Source of the DNA: the human T2T-CHM13v2.0 reference genome, Homo sapiens
Assembly: GCF_009914755.1 (NCBI RefSeq)
Contig: NC_060937.1
Direction: 5' to 3' (one strand)
Length of the DNA: 64,000 nucleotides
The notes under the pieces were generated by a model that had not been told where the DNA came from, made no database searches, and saw only the letters and a list, made by a program, of their open reading frames with translations. Every line of letters starts with the position of its first letter. Positions within the stretch are counted from its first letter, which is position 1. This document shows, piece by piece, positions 30,765 to 46,398 of this stretch. Made by a program: the position numbers and the translations under genes.

Positions 30765-33700
30765 AAAGATTTCCTGCATGGCAGAATGAGGAGTACTATG
30801 AACCTGGTCTCCAGTGACATGACCACAACTGTTAATATTATAAAGACAAAGGTAAAACCAAGCAGTAAAACTCTCTGAAAACTGTCCTTAGTGTATACAC
30901 CAAACAAAAAAGTATTTATTCAAGAAAATGTACTGAAAATAAGTTAATTGGAACTTTTGTTATTGAGCTGGAACTCACTTCCCATTGCCTAGCTCTGCAT
31001 GAAAGATAGTCAACTTCAAGTGAATACAGCCAAGGAGATGAAGATATTTCTGCCCTGAGCTCTAAGTCAAGGGCTACAGTGTCTTCCTGGAAGGGGCAGA
31101 CATCAAATATTTATTATCTGCTGCAGTTCACATGGCAAAGGCTAAATTCCGGGATAGTGCAGCTGAGAGGTATGATGATCTCTTTTTTCACTTAGCCTCC
31201 CTGGTAGGTAAGAATTTCTGTGCCAGGCATGACAGTCCAAGAGAACTGGAGTAATAATTTTCTTACCAAAGCTTGTTCATTAATGTAGAGTTCAACGTAG
31301 GGAGAGAAAGGCAATACTACCAGAGAATATCTCCCCTGCTCAGCACCCTACTCATGAAACAGGAATGTCACTTCAAGAAAGCTAGGCCACTATGCCTGCC
31401 CCCTGTCTAGGAGCAGTGGCTTGGAGATTTTTCCAATAAGAGAAAGGCCATAAGAATTGAAAGCTCGGAAGCCTTCCTGAAATGTATTGACTTTATTTGA
31501 AGAGGAGTGTTAGGAAGTTTATGCCTTAAGATGATATCAAAAACAATGGATATTTTTGTGAGATGGACATAAGAAAATATGGGTAGTTTCATGACAGCAA
31601 TAAGCTAAACTGTAGTCTTGTTAGTTTACCAAACAGAACCAGGGAAAGGTATTCCTAAGAGGAGACCTTCTGGGGTCAAAGCAAACTTTAAAGATTATTC
31701 TCAAAAATTATTCCTGAAAAGTAGTATGACTTTAATTGGGTCAGACTGTGGAGAAATTTATACCCCAGTGCATTGATAAAAAATAGAACAATAAGCTGGC
31801 AATTAGTGGAGCCTAACAGCTGTGTGTAAGACCAGTGGAAAAAGATGGCTTAACAGAGAAATCAGAGAAAAATAAAGTCAAAGAGAGCCCTGCTAACAAG
31901 TCATCTCAGGGCAACTGTGCACATGTTCAACGCTATCCTCGGAGAAGCAACATCAGATGTTTCACACTGCAGGGGAAAAATTGCCTTCTCTAAAATAAAC
32001 CAGTTAAATTACGAAGGAAATGCATTTTTAAACATTAACAATAAAGTTTGAAGGTATGAAAATCAGTATCTAGAAGTATTAAAATATATTATCTAAAATG
32101 TACAGATTTCAGGAAAAATATATGGATATGCAAAGAAATAAGAAAGTGTGAGCCATAAACAGGAAAAAAAACAATAAACAAACAAAAACAATAACAAATC
32201 ACCACCACCACCACAACAAAAAATACCTCAAGCAACAGAAGATGCCTGTGAGAGGGCATAGGTGCTGGACTTACACAAATACTTCAAAGCAGCTATTATA
32301 AATATGTTCAATAACTAAAGAAAAATCATGTTTAAAGAAGTAAAAAAAAAGGAAAAATAAAGAAGTAAAGGAAGTAAAGGAATTTCTGGCAATGTCTCAT
32401 CAAGCAGAGAACATCAAAAAAGTTATTTTTAAAGAACTGGAAATTCTGTAATTGAAAAGTATAATAATTTTATTAAAAAATTACCTAGTCGGCTCAACTG
32501 TACCTGCAATCTGGCAGGAGTCAAAAATCTGCTAAGTTGAATATAGATCAAAAACTATTATGCAATCTGAATAACAGCAAGAAGAGAGAAATAAATATAA
32601 TGAACAAAGCCTCAACAAAATGTGTAACACTTTAACCACATCAATATATGTGTAATAGGCATAGCAGAAGAAGAGGAGAAAGAAATAGAAAAAAAATAAG
32701 AAAATTATAACTGAAAACTTCTAAACTGTATGAAAAAAATCAATCTACACATTCAAGAAGCACAATAAACTAGCAGTAGGATCAACACAAAAGAGATCAA
32801 CACCCAAAGACATCACATAAAATAATGTCAAAAAAACAAGGAGAAATTCTTGAAAACAACAAGAAAAAATGACTTACGCACAAGGTAACTTCAATAAGAT
32901 CAGCAGCTGTTTCATTAATATCATCGCAAGCAATGGAGACCTGAGCAAGTGAGAAAATAATTGAACAGAGGACTAAGAGAAAATAAAGCAAACATAAAAA
33001 TCAACCAATAATATTACACCAGCAAAAATTGTCTTTCAAAAATGAATGGGAAATAAAGATATTCCCAGATAAAAACTGAGATAATTAGTGGCAAGAAGAC
33101 AACCTTATAAGAAATTGTTCGGGAATTTCTTCAGAATGAAAGTCTGTTCTTCAGGGCAAAATTAAATATATAAATGCATATTTTGTATTCTTTCTTCTTT
33201 AACTAACATAAAAAGCAATCATGTAAACCTATATATATATCAATAAATCATTGAGCTTATGACAATAAAAATGTAACATATTTGACAACAGAGTTGAAAA
33301 AATTAATAGGACAAAATCTAATAGTATGTTTGTTCTTCCATCTCTCAGTGTCTTTAAAATTCCTAAAATTATATAAAGTAATAACTACAACATTAAATTT
33401 TGGGGATTATGATGCATATATGTAATATGTATGACAAAGTTTTCAAAAAAGGGGGGAAAAGAAAATAGAGATATATAAAGTAAAACATCTATGTCTTTTG
33501 TGGAATTGAGTTAGTATAAATCTTTAGCTAATTCTGAAGAACTGCTTTATATGTTAAGCCCTATAATAACTACTAATAAAATAACTAAAAATATAGTTTA
33601 AAAAATTAAAGAAATAAAATATGTCATCATAAAATACTCAGGCAAAAAAATCAGTGAAGAAGAAATGGAGGAACGAAAAAAGCCGTGACATAATAGAAGC

Positions 33701-34935
33701 AAATAGTAAAATGACAAATGCAAATAAATCAATTACAACATAAAACGTGAATGGAGAAAACAATTTAATCAAAAAAGATTGTCAGACTGGATAAAAAAGA
33801 TAATGCAACTATATATTGTCAGTTTGTATTTTCAAATACATGGAGAATAAAAGTGTGAAAAAAGATAATATCGTTCAAAGAGTAACCATAAGAAAGCTGA
33901 AATGGCTGTAACATGATCTGAAATGACAGACTTAAAAATGTTATTAAAGATAAACAGGGACACTGTATAATGATTAAATGGTTAATTCATCAAGAAAATT
34001 TAATAACTATAAACATATTGAACATATATTCACCTAAAAACAGGGTTTCAAAAAACATAATGCAATAATTGATTGAATTCCAGGAAGAAATATTCAATTT
34101 AGGAATAATAGTGAAGATTTCAATGTACCACTTTTAATACTGTTTTTAATACTTCACTGACAGTCATGTATAGAATGCTCTACCCAAATACAATATATAC
34201 TCTTCTGAAGCTATCATTGAATGGTCTCCAAGAGACAGGATATGGTAGGCCATAAAACAGGGCTAATGAATTTAAAAGATTTGAAATTATACAACTATAT
34301 TTTGTGACCAAATATAATGGAAATATAAATCAATAACAAAAAGAAATTTAGGATTTGTGATGATTGAAAATGCGACACAGCATACCAAAACTTAAAGGTT
34401 ACAGCTATAGCACTCATAGGAGGAAAATATGTGTCTGTAAATTTCTACATAAAAATAAAAGGAAAGATTTCATGTGTATGACCATATGTATAATTCTTTT
34501 TCTTTAAGAGTCTGGACATGTAGAGCAAAATGAACCTAAAAAATCAGAAGGAAGAAGATATTAAAGATGATAGTATAAATACATGAAATAGAGAATTGAA
34601 TAACAATAGAGAAAATCAACAAAGCCCAATGACCATTTTTTGTCAAGATCAACAAAATTAACAAAATTTTGGCTAAACTAACAAGAAAACAGCAGAGAAA
34701 TATCAAATTACCAAAATTAGTAACAAAAGGAGTATCACTACTGACATTAGAGAAACAGAAGGGATTACAGAAGGCAATATTATAATCACTCTACATCGAC
34801 AACAACAATGAAAATAAATGGAAGGGACGTATTTCCAGAAAGACAGAAACTACTGGAAAAAAACTCATGAAGAAACAGAAAATCTGAAGAGACTTATACA
34901 AGTACAGAGATGAGATTAGTAACTATGAAACTAAC
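30765..34935 (+). mobile_element. Old L1M element (5'UTR, ORF1, ORF2 N-terminal half), resuming briefly at ~38520-38630
   Basis: ORF1 remnants ('aatctacacattcaagaagcacaataaact'), endonuclease-region remnants ('ggccataaaaca'), 'aaaatcaacaaagcc'; heavily decayed. Confidence 0.75.
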
Positions 34936-34937
34936 CA

Positions 34938-37900
34938 TCAATATTAGACAGATCAACAACACAGAAAATTAACAAGGATATTCAGGACTTGAACTCAGTT
35001 CTGGACCAAGTGGACCTAACAGACATCTACAGAACTCTCCTCCCCAAATCAACAGAATATACTTTCTTTTCAGCACCACGTCACACTTATTCTAAAATTG
35101 ACCACATACGTGGAAGTAAAACACTCCTCAGCAAATGCAAAAGAACAGAAATCATAACAGTCTCTCAGACCACAGTGCAATCAAATTAGAACTCAAGATT
35201 AAGAAACTCACTCAAAACCACACAATTACATGGAAACTGAACGACCTGCTCCTGAATGATCACTGGGCTCCTGAATAATAAAATTAAGGCAGAAATAAAC
35301 AAGTTCTTTGAAAACAATGAGAACAAAGACACAATGTACCAGAATCTCTGGGACACAGCTAAAGCAGGGTTTAGAGGGAAATTTATAGCACTAAATGCCC
35401 ACATCAGAAAGCAGGAAAGATCTAAAATCAACACCCTAACATCACAATTAAAAGAACTAGAGAAGCAAGAGCAAACAAATTCAAAATCTAGCAGAAGACA
35501 AGAAATAACTAAGATCAGAGCAGAACTGAAGCAGATAGAGACATGAAAAACCATTAAAAAAATAAATCCAAGAGCTGTTTTTTTAAATAATCAACAAAAT
35601 AGACCACTAGCCCGACTAATAAAGAAGAAAAGAGAAAAGAGAGAAGAATCAAATAGACACAATAAAAAATGATAAAGGGAATATCACCACTGATCCCCCA
35701 GAGATACAAACTACCATCAGAGAATACTATAAACACCTCTATTCATCTAAATTACAAAATCTAGAAGAAATGGATAAATTTCAGGACACATACACTCTTC
35801 CAAATCTAAACCAGGAAGAAGTCAAATCCCTGAATAGACCGATAAAAAGTTCTGAAATTGAGGCAATAACTAATATCCTACCAACCAAACAAAGCCCAGG
35901 ACCAGATAGATTCACAAATTCTATCAGAGGTACAAAGAGGAGCTGGTACCATTTCTTCTGAAACTATTCCAAACAGTAGAAAAAGAGAGACTCCTCCCTA
36001 ACTCATTTTGTGAGGCCAGCATCATCCTGATACCAAAACCTGACAAGACATAACAAAAAAAGAAAATTTCAGGCCAATATCCCTGATGAACATCAATTCA
36101 AAAATCCTTGATAAAATACTGGCAAACTGAATCAGCAACACATCAAAAAGCTTATCCACCACGATCAAGTCGGATTCATCCCTGGGATGCAAGTCTGGTT
36201 CAACATACACAAATCAAAAAAAGTAATCCATCACATAAAGAGAACCAATGACAAAAAACCACATGATTATCTCAATAGATGCAATAAAGGCCTTTGATAA
36301 AATTCAACACCCCTTCATGCTAATAACTCTTAATAAACTAGGTATTGATAAAACATATTTCAAAATAATAAGAGCTATTTATGACAAACCCACAGGCAAT
36401 ATCATACTGAATGGGCAAAATCTGGAAGCATTCCTTTTGAAAACCGGCACAAGACAAAGATGCCCTTTCTCACCACTCCTATTCAACATAGTATTGGAAG
36501 TTCTGGCCAGAACAATCAGGCAGGAGAAAGAAATAAAGGGTATTCAAATAGGAAGAGAGGAAGTCAAATTGTATCTGTCTGCAGATGACATGATTTTATA
36601 TTTAGAAAACCCCAGCATCTCAGCCCAAAATCTCCTTAAGCTCATAAGCAACTTCAGCAAAGTCTCAGGATACAAAATCAATGTGCAAAAATCACAAGCA
36701 TGCTTATATACCAATAATAGACAGAGAGGCAAATCATGAGTGAACTCCCATTCACAGTTGCTACAAAGAGAATAACATACCTAGGAATACAACTTACAAG
36801 GGATGTGAAGGACTTCTTCAAGGAGAACTACAAACCACTGCTCAAGGGAATAAAAGAGGACACAAACAAATGGAAGAACATTCCATGCTCATGGATAGGA
36901 AGAATCAATATCATGAAAATGGCCATAGTGCCCAAAGTAATTTATACATTCAATGCTATCCCCATCAAGCTACCATTGAGTATCTTCACAGAATTAGAAA
37001 AAAACTACTTTAAATTTCATATGGAACCAAAAAAGAGCCTGTACAGCCAAGACCATCCTAAGCAAAAAGAACAAAGCTGGAGGCATCACTCTACCTGACT
37101 TTAAACTATACTACAAGGCTACAGTGACCAAAACAGCATGGTAATGGTACCAAAACTGATATACAGGCCAATGTCACAGAACAGAGGCCTCAGAAATAAT
37201 GCCACACATCTACAACCATCTGATTTTCGACAAACCTGACAAAAACAAGAAATGGGGAAAGGATTCCACATTTAATAAATGGTGTTGGGAAAACTGGCTA
37301 GCCTTATGCAGAAAACAGAAACTGGACCCCTTCCTTAAACCTATACAAAAATTAACTCAAGATGGATTAAAGACTTAAACTTAAGACCTAAAAACCATAA
37401 AAACCCTAGAAGAAAACGTAGGTAATACCATTCAGGATATAGGCATGGGCAAAGACTTCATGAATAAAACACCAAAAGCAATGGCAACAAAAGCCAAAAT
37501 AGACAAATGGGATCTAATTAAACTAAGGAGTTTCTGCACAGCAAGGGAAACTATCATCAGAATGAACAGGCAGCCTACAGAACGGGAGAATATTTTTGCA
37601 ATCTATCCATCTGACAAAGGGCTAATATCCAGAATCTACAAGGAACTAAAACAAATTTACAAGAAAAAACCAACCCCATCAAAAAGTGGGCAAAGGATAT
37701 AAACAAGCACTTCTCAAAAGAAGACATTTATGTGGTCAAAAAAACATGAAAAAAAGCTCATCATCACTGATCATTAGAGAAATGAAAATCAAAACCACAA
37801 TGAGATACAACCTCAAGCCAGTTAGAATGGCGATTGTTAAAAAGTCAGGAAAAAACAGATGCTGGAGAGAATGTGGAGAAATAGGAAGGCTTTTACACTG

Positions 37901-38515
37901 TTGGTGGGAGTGTAAATTAGTTCAACTATTGTGGAAGACAGTGTGGCAATTCCTCAAGGATCTAGAACCAGAAATACCATTTGACCCAGCAATGCCATTA
38001 CTGGGTATACACCCAAAGGTATAAATTATTCTACTATAAAGACACATGCACACAGATGTTTATTGCAGTACTGTTCACAATAGCAAAGACTTGGAACCAA
38101 CCCAAATGTCCATCAGTGATAGACTGGATAAAGAAAATGTGGCACATACACACCATGGAATACTATGCAGCCATAAAAAAGGATGAGTTCATGTCCTTTG
38201 CAGGGACATGGATGATGCTGGAAACCATCATTCTCAGCAAACTAACACAAGAACAGAAAACCAAACACTGCATGTTCTCACTCATAAGTGACAGTTGAAC
38301 AATGAGAACACATGAACACCGGGAGGGCAACATCACACACCAGGGCCTGTCGGGGGGTGGGGAGCTAGAGGAGGGATAGCATTAAGAGAAATACTTAATG
38401 TAGATGATGGGTTGATGAGTGCAGCAGACCAACATGGCACGTGTATACCTATGTAACAAACCGACACGTTCTGCACATGTATCTCAGAACTTGAAGTATA
38501 ATAATAAAAAAAGGA
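34938..38515 (+). mobile_element. 5'-truncated L1PA (older primate subfamily), 3.6 kb of disrupted ORF2 plus 3'UTR
   Basis: Endonuclease (DIYRTL...YSKIDH), RT ([19 protein letters not shown]; ADDMILYLE) and C-terminal ([12 protein letters not shown]) fragments split by frameshifts; poly-A tail. Confidence 0.96.
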
Positions 38516-38637
38516 TGAAAAAAATTGTAAAAAAAAATCCCAGCAAATTGGATCCAGCAAAATATAAAAAGGCTTATACACAATTATCAAATGGGATTTA
38601 TTTTAGGAATGAAAAGTTTGTATAACACCAGTTTGTA

Positions 38638-38674
38638 TTAGTTTGGTGCAAAAGTTATTGCAATTTTGCCATTA

Positions 38675-38707
<33 letters not shown>

Positions 38708-39000
38708 CTGAGACAGAGTCTCACTCTCTTGCCCAGGCTGGAGTACAGTGGCTTGATGTTGGCTCACCACAACCTCCACCTCCTGGATTCAAGTGATTCT
38801 CCTACCTCAGCCCCTTGAGTAGCTAGGATTACACGCACCCACCACCACACCCGGCTAATTTTTGTATTTTAATAGAGACAGGGTTTCACCATGTTGGCCA
38901 GGCTAGTATCAAACTCCTGACCTCGTGATCCAAATGCCTCGGCCCCCCAAAGTGCTAGGATTACAGGCTTGAGCCACCTCATCTAGCCGCCATTACTTTA
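38638..39000. mobile_element. Left half of MADE1 (Hsmar1 MITE), interrupted by an Alu; right arm absent
   Basis: 'ta|ttagtttggtgcaaaagttattgcaattttgccattac' and, after the Alu, 'gccattactttaa'; the expected 'tggcaaaa...caccaacctaa' does not follow. Confidence 0.85.
38677..38988 (-). mobile_element. Alu (AluS-type)
   Basis: Long pure poly-T (38677-38707), antisense Alu, TSD GCCATTAC (38668-38675 / 38989-38996). Confidence 0.95.
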
Positions 39001-39015
39001 AGGAACCATCTAGGA

Positions 39016-39113
39016 ACAAAATATACACACAGCATTATTTTGTGTGTGTATTCACAAAATATACACACAGCATTATTTTGTGTGTGTATTCACAAAATAT
39101 ACACACAGCATTA
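39016..39113. repeat. 38-bp tandem repeat, ~2.6 identical copies, each quasi-palindromic
   Basis: ACAAAATATACACACAGCATTATTTTGTGTGTGTATTC at 39016 and 39054, partial copy at 39092. Confidence 0.97.
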
Positions 39114-39174
39114 AGGGCTGGTTTTTATCTTTTATTTTTCAAATCCTCTTTTCTTCCCTAGGTGTCCAAGTCAC

Positions 39175-40161
39175 ACAGAGCCACGGAATCTCACAGGTGT
39201 CTGAGAATTCCTCCTCCTGGGACTCTCAGAGGATCCAGAACTGCAGCCCGTCCTCGCTGGGTTGTCCCGGTCCATGTATCTGGTCATGGTGCTGAGGAAC
39301 CTGCTCATCATCCTGGCTGTCAGCTCTGACTCCCACCTCCACACCCCCATGTACTTCTTCCTCTCCAACCTGTGCTGGGCTGACATCGGTTTCACCTCGG
39401 CCATGGTTCCCAAGATGATTGTGGACATGCAGTCTCATAGCAGAGTCATCTCTTATGCGGGCTGCCTGACACGGATGTCTTTCTTGGTCCTTTTTGCATG
39501 TATAGAAGACATGCTCCTGACTGCGATGGCCTATGACTGCTTTGTAGCCATCTGTCGCCCTCTGCACTACCCAGTCATCGTGAATCCTCACCTCTCTGTC
39601 TTCTTAGTTTTGGTGTCCTTTTTCCTTAGCCTGTTGGATTCCCAGCTGCACAGTTAGATTGTGTTACAATTCACCTTCTTCAAGAATGTGGAAATCTCTA
39701 ATTTTGTCTGTGAGCCATCTCAGCTTCTCAACCTTGCCTGTTCTGACAGCGTCATCAATAGCATATTCTTATATTTCGATAGTACTATGTTTGGTTTTCT
39801 TCCCATTTCAGGGATCCTTTTGTCTTACTATAAAATTGTCCCCTCCATTCTAAGGATTTCATCGTCAGATGGGAAGTATAAAGCCTTCTCCACCTGTGGC
39901 TCTCACCTGGCAGTTGTTTGTTTATTTTATGGAACAGGCATTGGCGTGTACCTGACTTCAGCTGTGTCACCACCCCCCAGGAGTGGTGTGGTGGCGTCAG
40001 TGATGTACGCTGTGGTCACCCCCATGCTGAACCCTTTCATCTATAGCCTGAGAAACAGAGACATTCAAAGCGCCCTCTGGAGGCTGCGCAGCAGAACAGT
40101 CGAATCTCATGATCTGTTCCATCCTTTTTCTTGTGTGGGTAAGAAAGGGCAACCACATTAA
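39175..40161 (+). pseudogene. Olfactory receptor family 7 subfamily E pseudogene (copy 1)
   Basis: OR motifs [44 protein letters not shown]. Start codon degenerate (ACA at 39175, then EPRNLT). In-frame stops TGA 39202-39204 and TAG 39655-39657. From memory the pair resembles OR7E111P/OR7E33P on 13q21; unverified. Confidence 0.95.
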
Positions 40162-40469
40162 ATCCCTGCATCTGCAAATCCTGCTCCTTAGTCACATTAT
40201 TTTTGTGGCTTGATGGCTTTTATTCCTTTCCGCATTTGCTATGTGAATATTGTTTTCTTCGTTATGCCTTTAACTGGAATGGGTGAGTATTCTGGGATCC
40301 TTTGTTTAGCAGAAACCTCATGACTGAATCCTCTATACCTAGGCGGCCTCCTTTAGTTTCTGAGCAATAACCCTGTCATCCAGGTGGAATCACAACCATC
40401 TTTTTATATACGTGAAGTCCTCACTTCATTTTGGAATTCCCTGAAAGTTGACTTTATGGAAACAATGTA

Positions 40470-40612
40470 CAGCAGGTCCTCCAACACCATTGGTGCATTC
40501 AAAGTTGTGTAGTTATAATGTTGGTGAGGAATAAGTGGTTTCACTATACCTAATTTTGCTTCAAGGTGAAGTTTTCAAGAGACTTTCAAAGATGTTAAGT
40601 GAGGACATGCTG
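40470..40612. mobile_element. Short MER6-family (TcMar-Tigger) element
   Basis: TA-flanked termini 'cagcaggtcctc...gaggacatgctg'. Confidence 0.75.
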
Positions 40613-40714
40613 TACATCCAATTCATATCCTCTTCCAGAGTTCACATGTAATTTCTTTATAAACTGCTTCTAGAGAATCTATTTAGGCAGGTTATGTGTA
40701 GAGATCCATGTGAC

Positions 40715-40880
40715 CAGTCCTCAATCTTGGCTTTGAGTCAAATCACCTGGGGAGCTTAAAAATGATGAGGCCTGGGTCTCATTACCTGAGATTCTGATTT
40801 CCCGGCACCTGTGTGAGTATGTGGATTTTTTTTTTTTTTTTAAAGCATCAGAGGTGGTTGCAATGACGAAGTTTTTAAGG
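40715..40880. mobile_element. MER5A-like (hAT-Charlie)
   Basis: 'tcctcaatcttggct...aatcacctggggagcttaaaaa...gagattctgattt'. Confidence 0.6.
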
Positions 40881-41014
40881 CATCAAGCTCCAATGAGTAA
40901 GAACGGAAGTTAATTGTAATATGATTTCTTCAAATATTATCTTCAAATGCATTGTCCATCAACACCATACAAATGTCTATTATGCTGTTGTTTCTTACCA
41001 TTTAGCATTTTCTA

Positions 41015-41330
<316 letters not shown>

Positions 41331-41509
41331 ACCACTTAGCATTTTCATTTTACATTTGTTGAAATTATAGATTTATACACACTTTGATTGCTGCTTTGTG
41401 ATACACTTGCATATACATAAGATGGGAAATAGAAAAGAATAAAACGGGCACAGTATCCCTGAAGTTTCACATTCCGAGACACGTTAAAAATATTTGCTCT
41501 TTAGAAATT

Positions 41510-42581
<1,072 letters not shown>

Positions 42582-43621
42582 CATGCTGCATCCTTATCTG
42601 TTGTCTGTTGTTGTTTGTTTGTTTGTTTTTGAGCCCAGAAATAACTTCTCATCTATGTGTTCAAATGATTTTTAACATGAGTGCTAAGAAAGTCCATTGG
42701 TGGAAAAGCAGCCTTTTCAAGAAATGGTGTTGGAGAAACTTGATTTCCACATGCAGAAGAATGAAGGTGGACTCTATGTCACACCAGGTGCAAAAATGAA
42801 CACAAACTGGATCAAAGACCTAACCCCGAGTGCTGAAAGTATAATATGCCTCAAAGAAAACATTGGCCACACTTTCATGACATCAGATTGGGCAATGCTT
42901 TCTGGGATATGACACCAAAAGCATAGGCAACAAAAGAAAATTAGATTCCTTGGATGACATCTAAATGACAGACACTTTTGTGCATCAGCAAACACTGTGA
43001 ACTGAGTGAAAAGATAACCCATGGATTAGGAAAAATATTCAAAAATCATATCTCTGAAAAGAGGCTGATATGCGTCATATAGAAAGAACAGCTAGAACTG
43101 AACAACAAGAAACCCAAAGCATCCCATGAACAACGGTCAGAAGACTCGAGTAGACGTGTCCCTAAAGAAGACACAGCAATGGCCAATAAGCATCTAAAAT
43201 GATGTTCAAAATCACTAATCATAGGGAAGCGCAAATCAAACCAAGAATGTGATACCACACATTTGGATGGATATGATAAACAAAGAAGCATTGGTGAAAC
43301 TAGAGGGAAGTAGGAATGCTGGAATCTGATTGGAGGGAATGTAAAACCATGAAGGAACAGGGAAACTACTATGGCGTGTACTGGAAAAAGTAGAAACAGG
43401 ATTATCAGATGTTCCCGCAGTTGCACTGTGGGTACCTGCCAAAAAGAATTAGAAGCCAGGAGTGGAAGAGAGATTTGTACACCCAAATTCATAGCAGCAT
43501 TACTCACAACAGCCAAAATGTGGAAGCAGCCCAAGGGTTCGTGGACAGATGAATTACAAGGCACACTGCAGTTCATTCTTGCGATGGAAGACTATTCAGC
43601 CTTAAAAAGGCAGGCACTTCT

Positions 43622-44357
<736 letters not shown>

Positions 44358-45439
44358 TTATACACCATGTGATTCCACTTATATCACGTGTCTAGAGTAG
44401 TTAAACTTATAGAGTTACAAAATAGAATGGTGGCCCCCAGGGGTGGGCGAGAGAGAGAGGAATGGAGAGGTTGGTTAATGGGTGCAATTTCCATTTTCAA
44501 GGATAAAACTGTTCTGGAGATGATGGCGGTGATGGTTGCTAAACAATGTGAATGTACCTAATGTGATTAAACTGTAAACTGAAAAATAGTGGAAATTGTA
44601 AATGTTTATACTGGCCATTCTATATGAAATAATCTATATTTATAATTTATAACATTTATACGTGGTATACTTTCCCATAATAAAAGGTGAAAATTAAAGC
44701 ACTTGGATCTTGTGAAAGAAAAGAAAGAAGCGAATAATACACACAAGCTCTCTCCTGATTAGAGGAAGAGCCCCAAAGCTTCTATGGACACTCACTTTTC
44801 TTCTTCCTGCATGATGATGAGGAAATCCTTAGAGCTTGGGGAACTTGGGTGACTGGCTAATGAGGAGCTCTGTGCCTTTAGCCCCCCAGGCCATAGAATA
44901 GTAAATACTCAGTCTGTGCCTCCAGCCCTGCAGTGTGAGGTTGCAGTCCTGTGGGCTCCACAACCGTCACCTGTATCAGGAGGCTCATGTCTCACCCTGT
45001 CTTCTGGCCAGCCTTGAGGATGGAGTCTGAGCCTCCAATGTGCACCACGCAGGGAGGACAGTGGACCTGTTCTCCGTGGTCATGGCCCAGCAGAGGGGAA
45101 GGGCAGTGCAGTGAGTGCTGAGGGACGGTCGGGAGCCTTGTTTGTTTCCTCATCCTCAGGACAAACAGGAGAGTGCCGTGGGCAGATGGGAGGAGACCAA
45201 TGTGCTAACTGTCAGCTCAGCAGACTGTGGAGTTTCTGTTCTTGGTTGTGGTGGGGGGTCTCTCTCAGGAATCTTCTTCAAAATTTTGCTTCCCTCCCCC
45301 ACTGGTTGTCCTTTTCATAGACATCTCACCCACGATAGCAGGGAATGAGCCCCTCTAAACTATTCCCTCAGAACAATAAAAAGATGATGAAGGTGATGAT
45401 GAGGATAAAGAGGATGGTGACAGACACCACGACATCATG

Positions 45440-45660
45440 AACCCTTACTGAGGGCTTCCTAAAGGCCAGGCTCTGAGCTCTGTGCTCTCTGCTGCTTGTT
45501 TCATTTCATCTGCGTAGTCTCCCAGTTATTAGTGCACATTTCAGGATTATTTTACAGACTAGAAAAGGAGCAACACATTTTCATATAACTTGTACCAGAT
45601 CATGAAGTCAAAAAGGGTGAAGCCCAATTTGAACCAGGCAGTCTAAGGCCAGACACATGG
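45440..45660. mobile_element. MIR
   Basis: 'cttactgagggcttcctaaaggccaggctctg...attattttacagactagaaaa...atttgaaccaggcagtct'. Confidence 0.6.
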
Positions 45661-46046
45661 CATCTGGCCAGTCCTCTCCCTGCATCCACCCTGCCCCCTC
45701 CAATCCTTGTCACTCAGGACAATGCCCCTGCTCACTGTGCCCTTCCCTTTGGGGGTTCCTTGTAGACCACAGCTAGACCAGTGGGTGCCACAATCACTGT
45801 GTCAAGTATGGAAAGGGCAGCTGAGATCACATCAAAGATTCCAGAAAGAATTGGCACAGGATCATTCGGGATGCATCTCTCCCTTGCCCCTGTTCCTGGC
45901 TTTCCTTACAGCTCTCAACTTCCTCAAAGGAGTCATAAATTCGGGGTTTGGCTTCCGTTCCTATTGAGGAAGCTGGAAACCATTTCAAAAATGCTCCTCA
46001 GATGTGCCTGTGGTTAAGACCTCTGAGCTCTGTTGAAAACTTTTGG

Positions 46047-46398
<352 letters not shown>

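Noticed and set aside
36705-36740. Same small frameshifting deletion (YTNNRQR) in both L1PA copies
   Set aside because: Falls in an ACAG/ACAA slippage-prone microrepeat, so recurrent mutation is sufficient; no evidence of gene conversion
34989-38298. Reverse-transcriptase/endonuclease ORFs as an active or novel retroelement system
   Set aside because: Standard L1 ORF2, 5'-truncated and broken by several frameshifts; same for 58567-60330
39226-39591. Antisense ORFs similar between the two OR copies (also 47979-48269)
   Set aside because: Shadow of sense-strand OR homology
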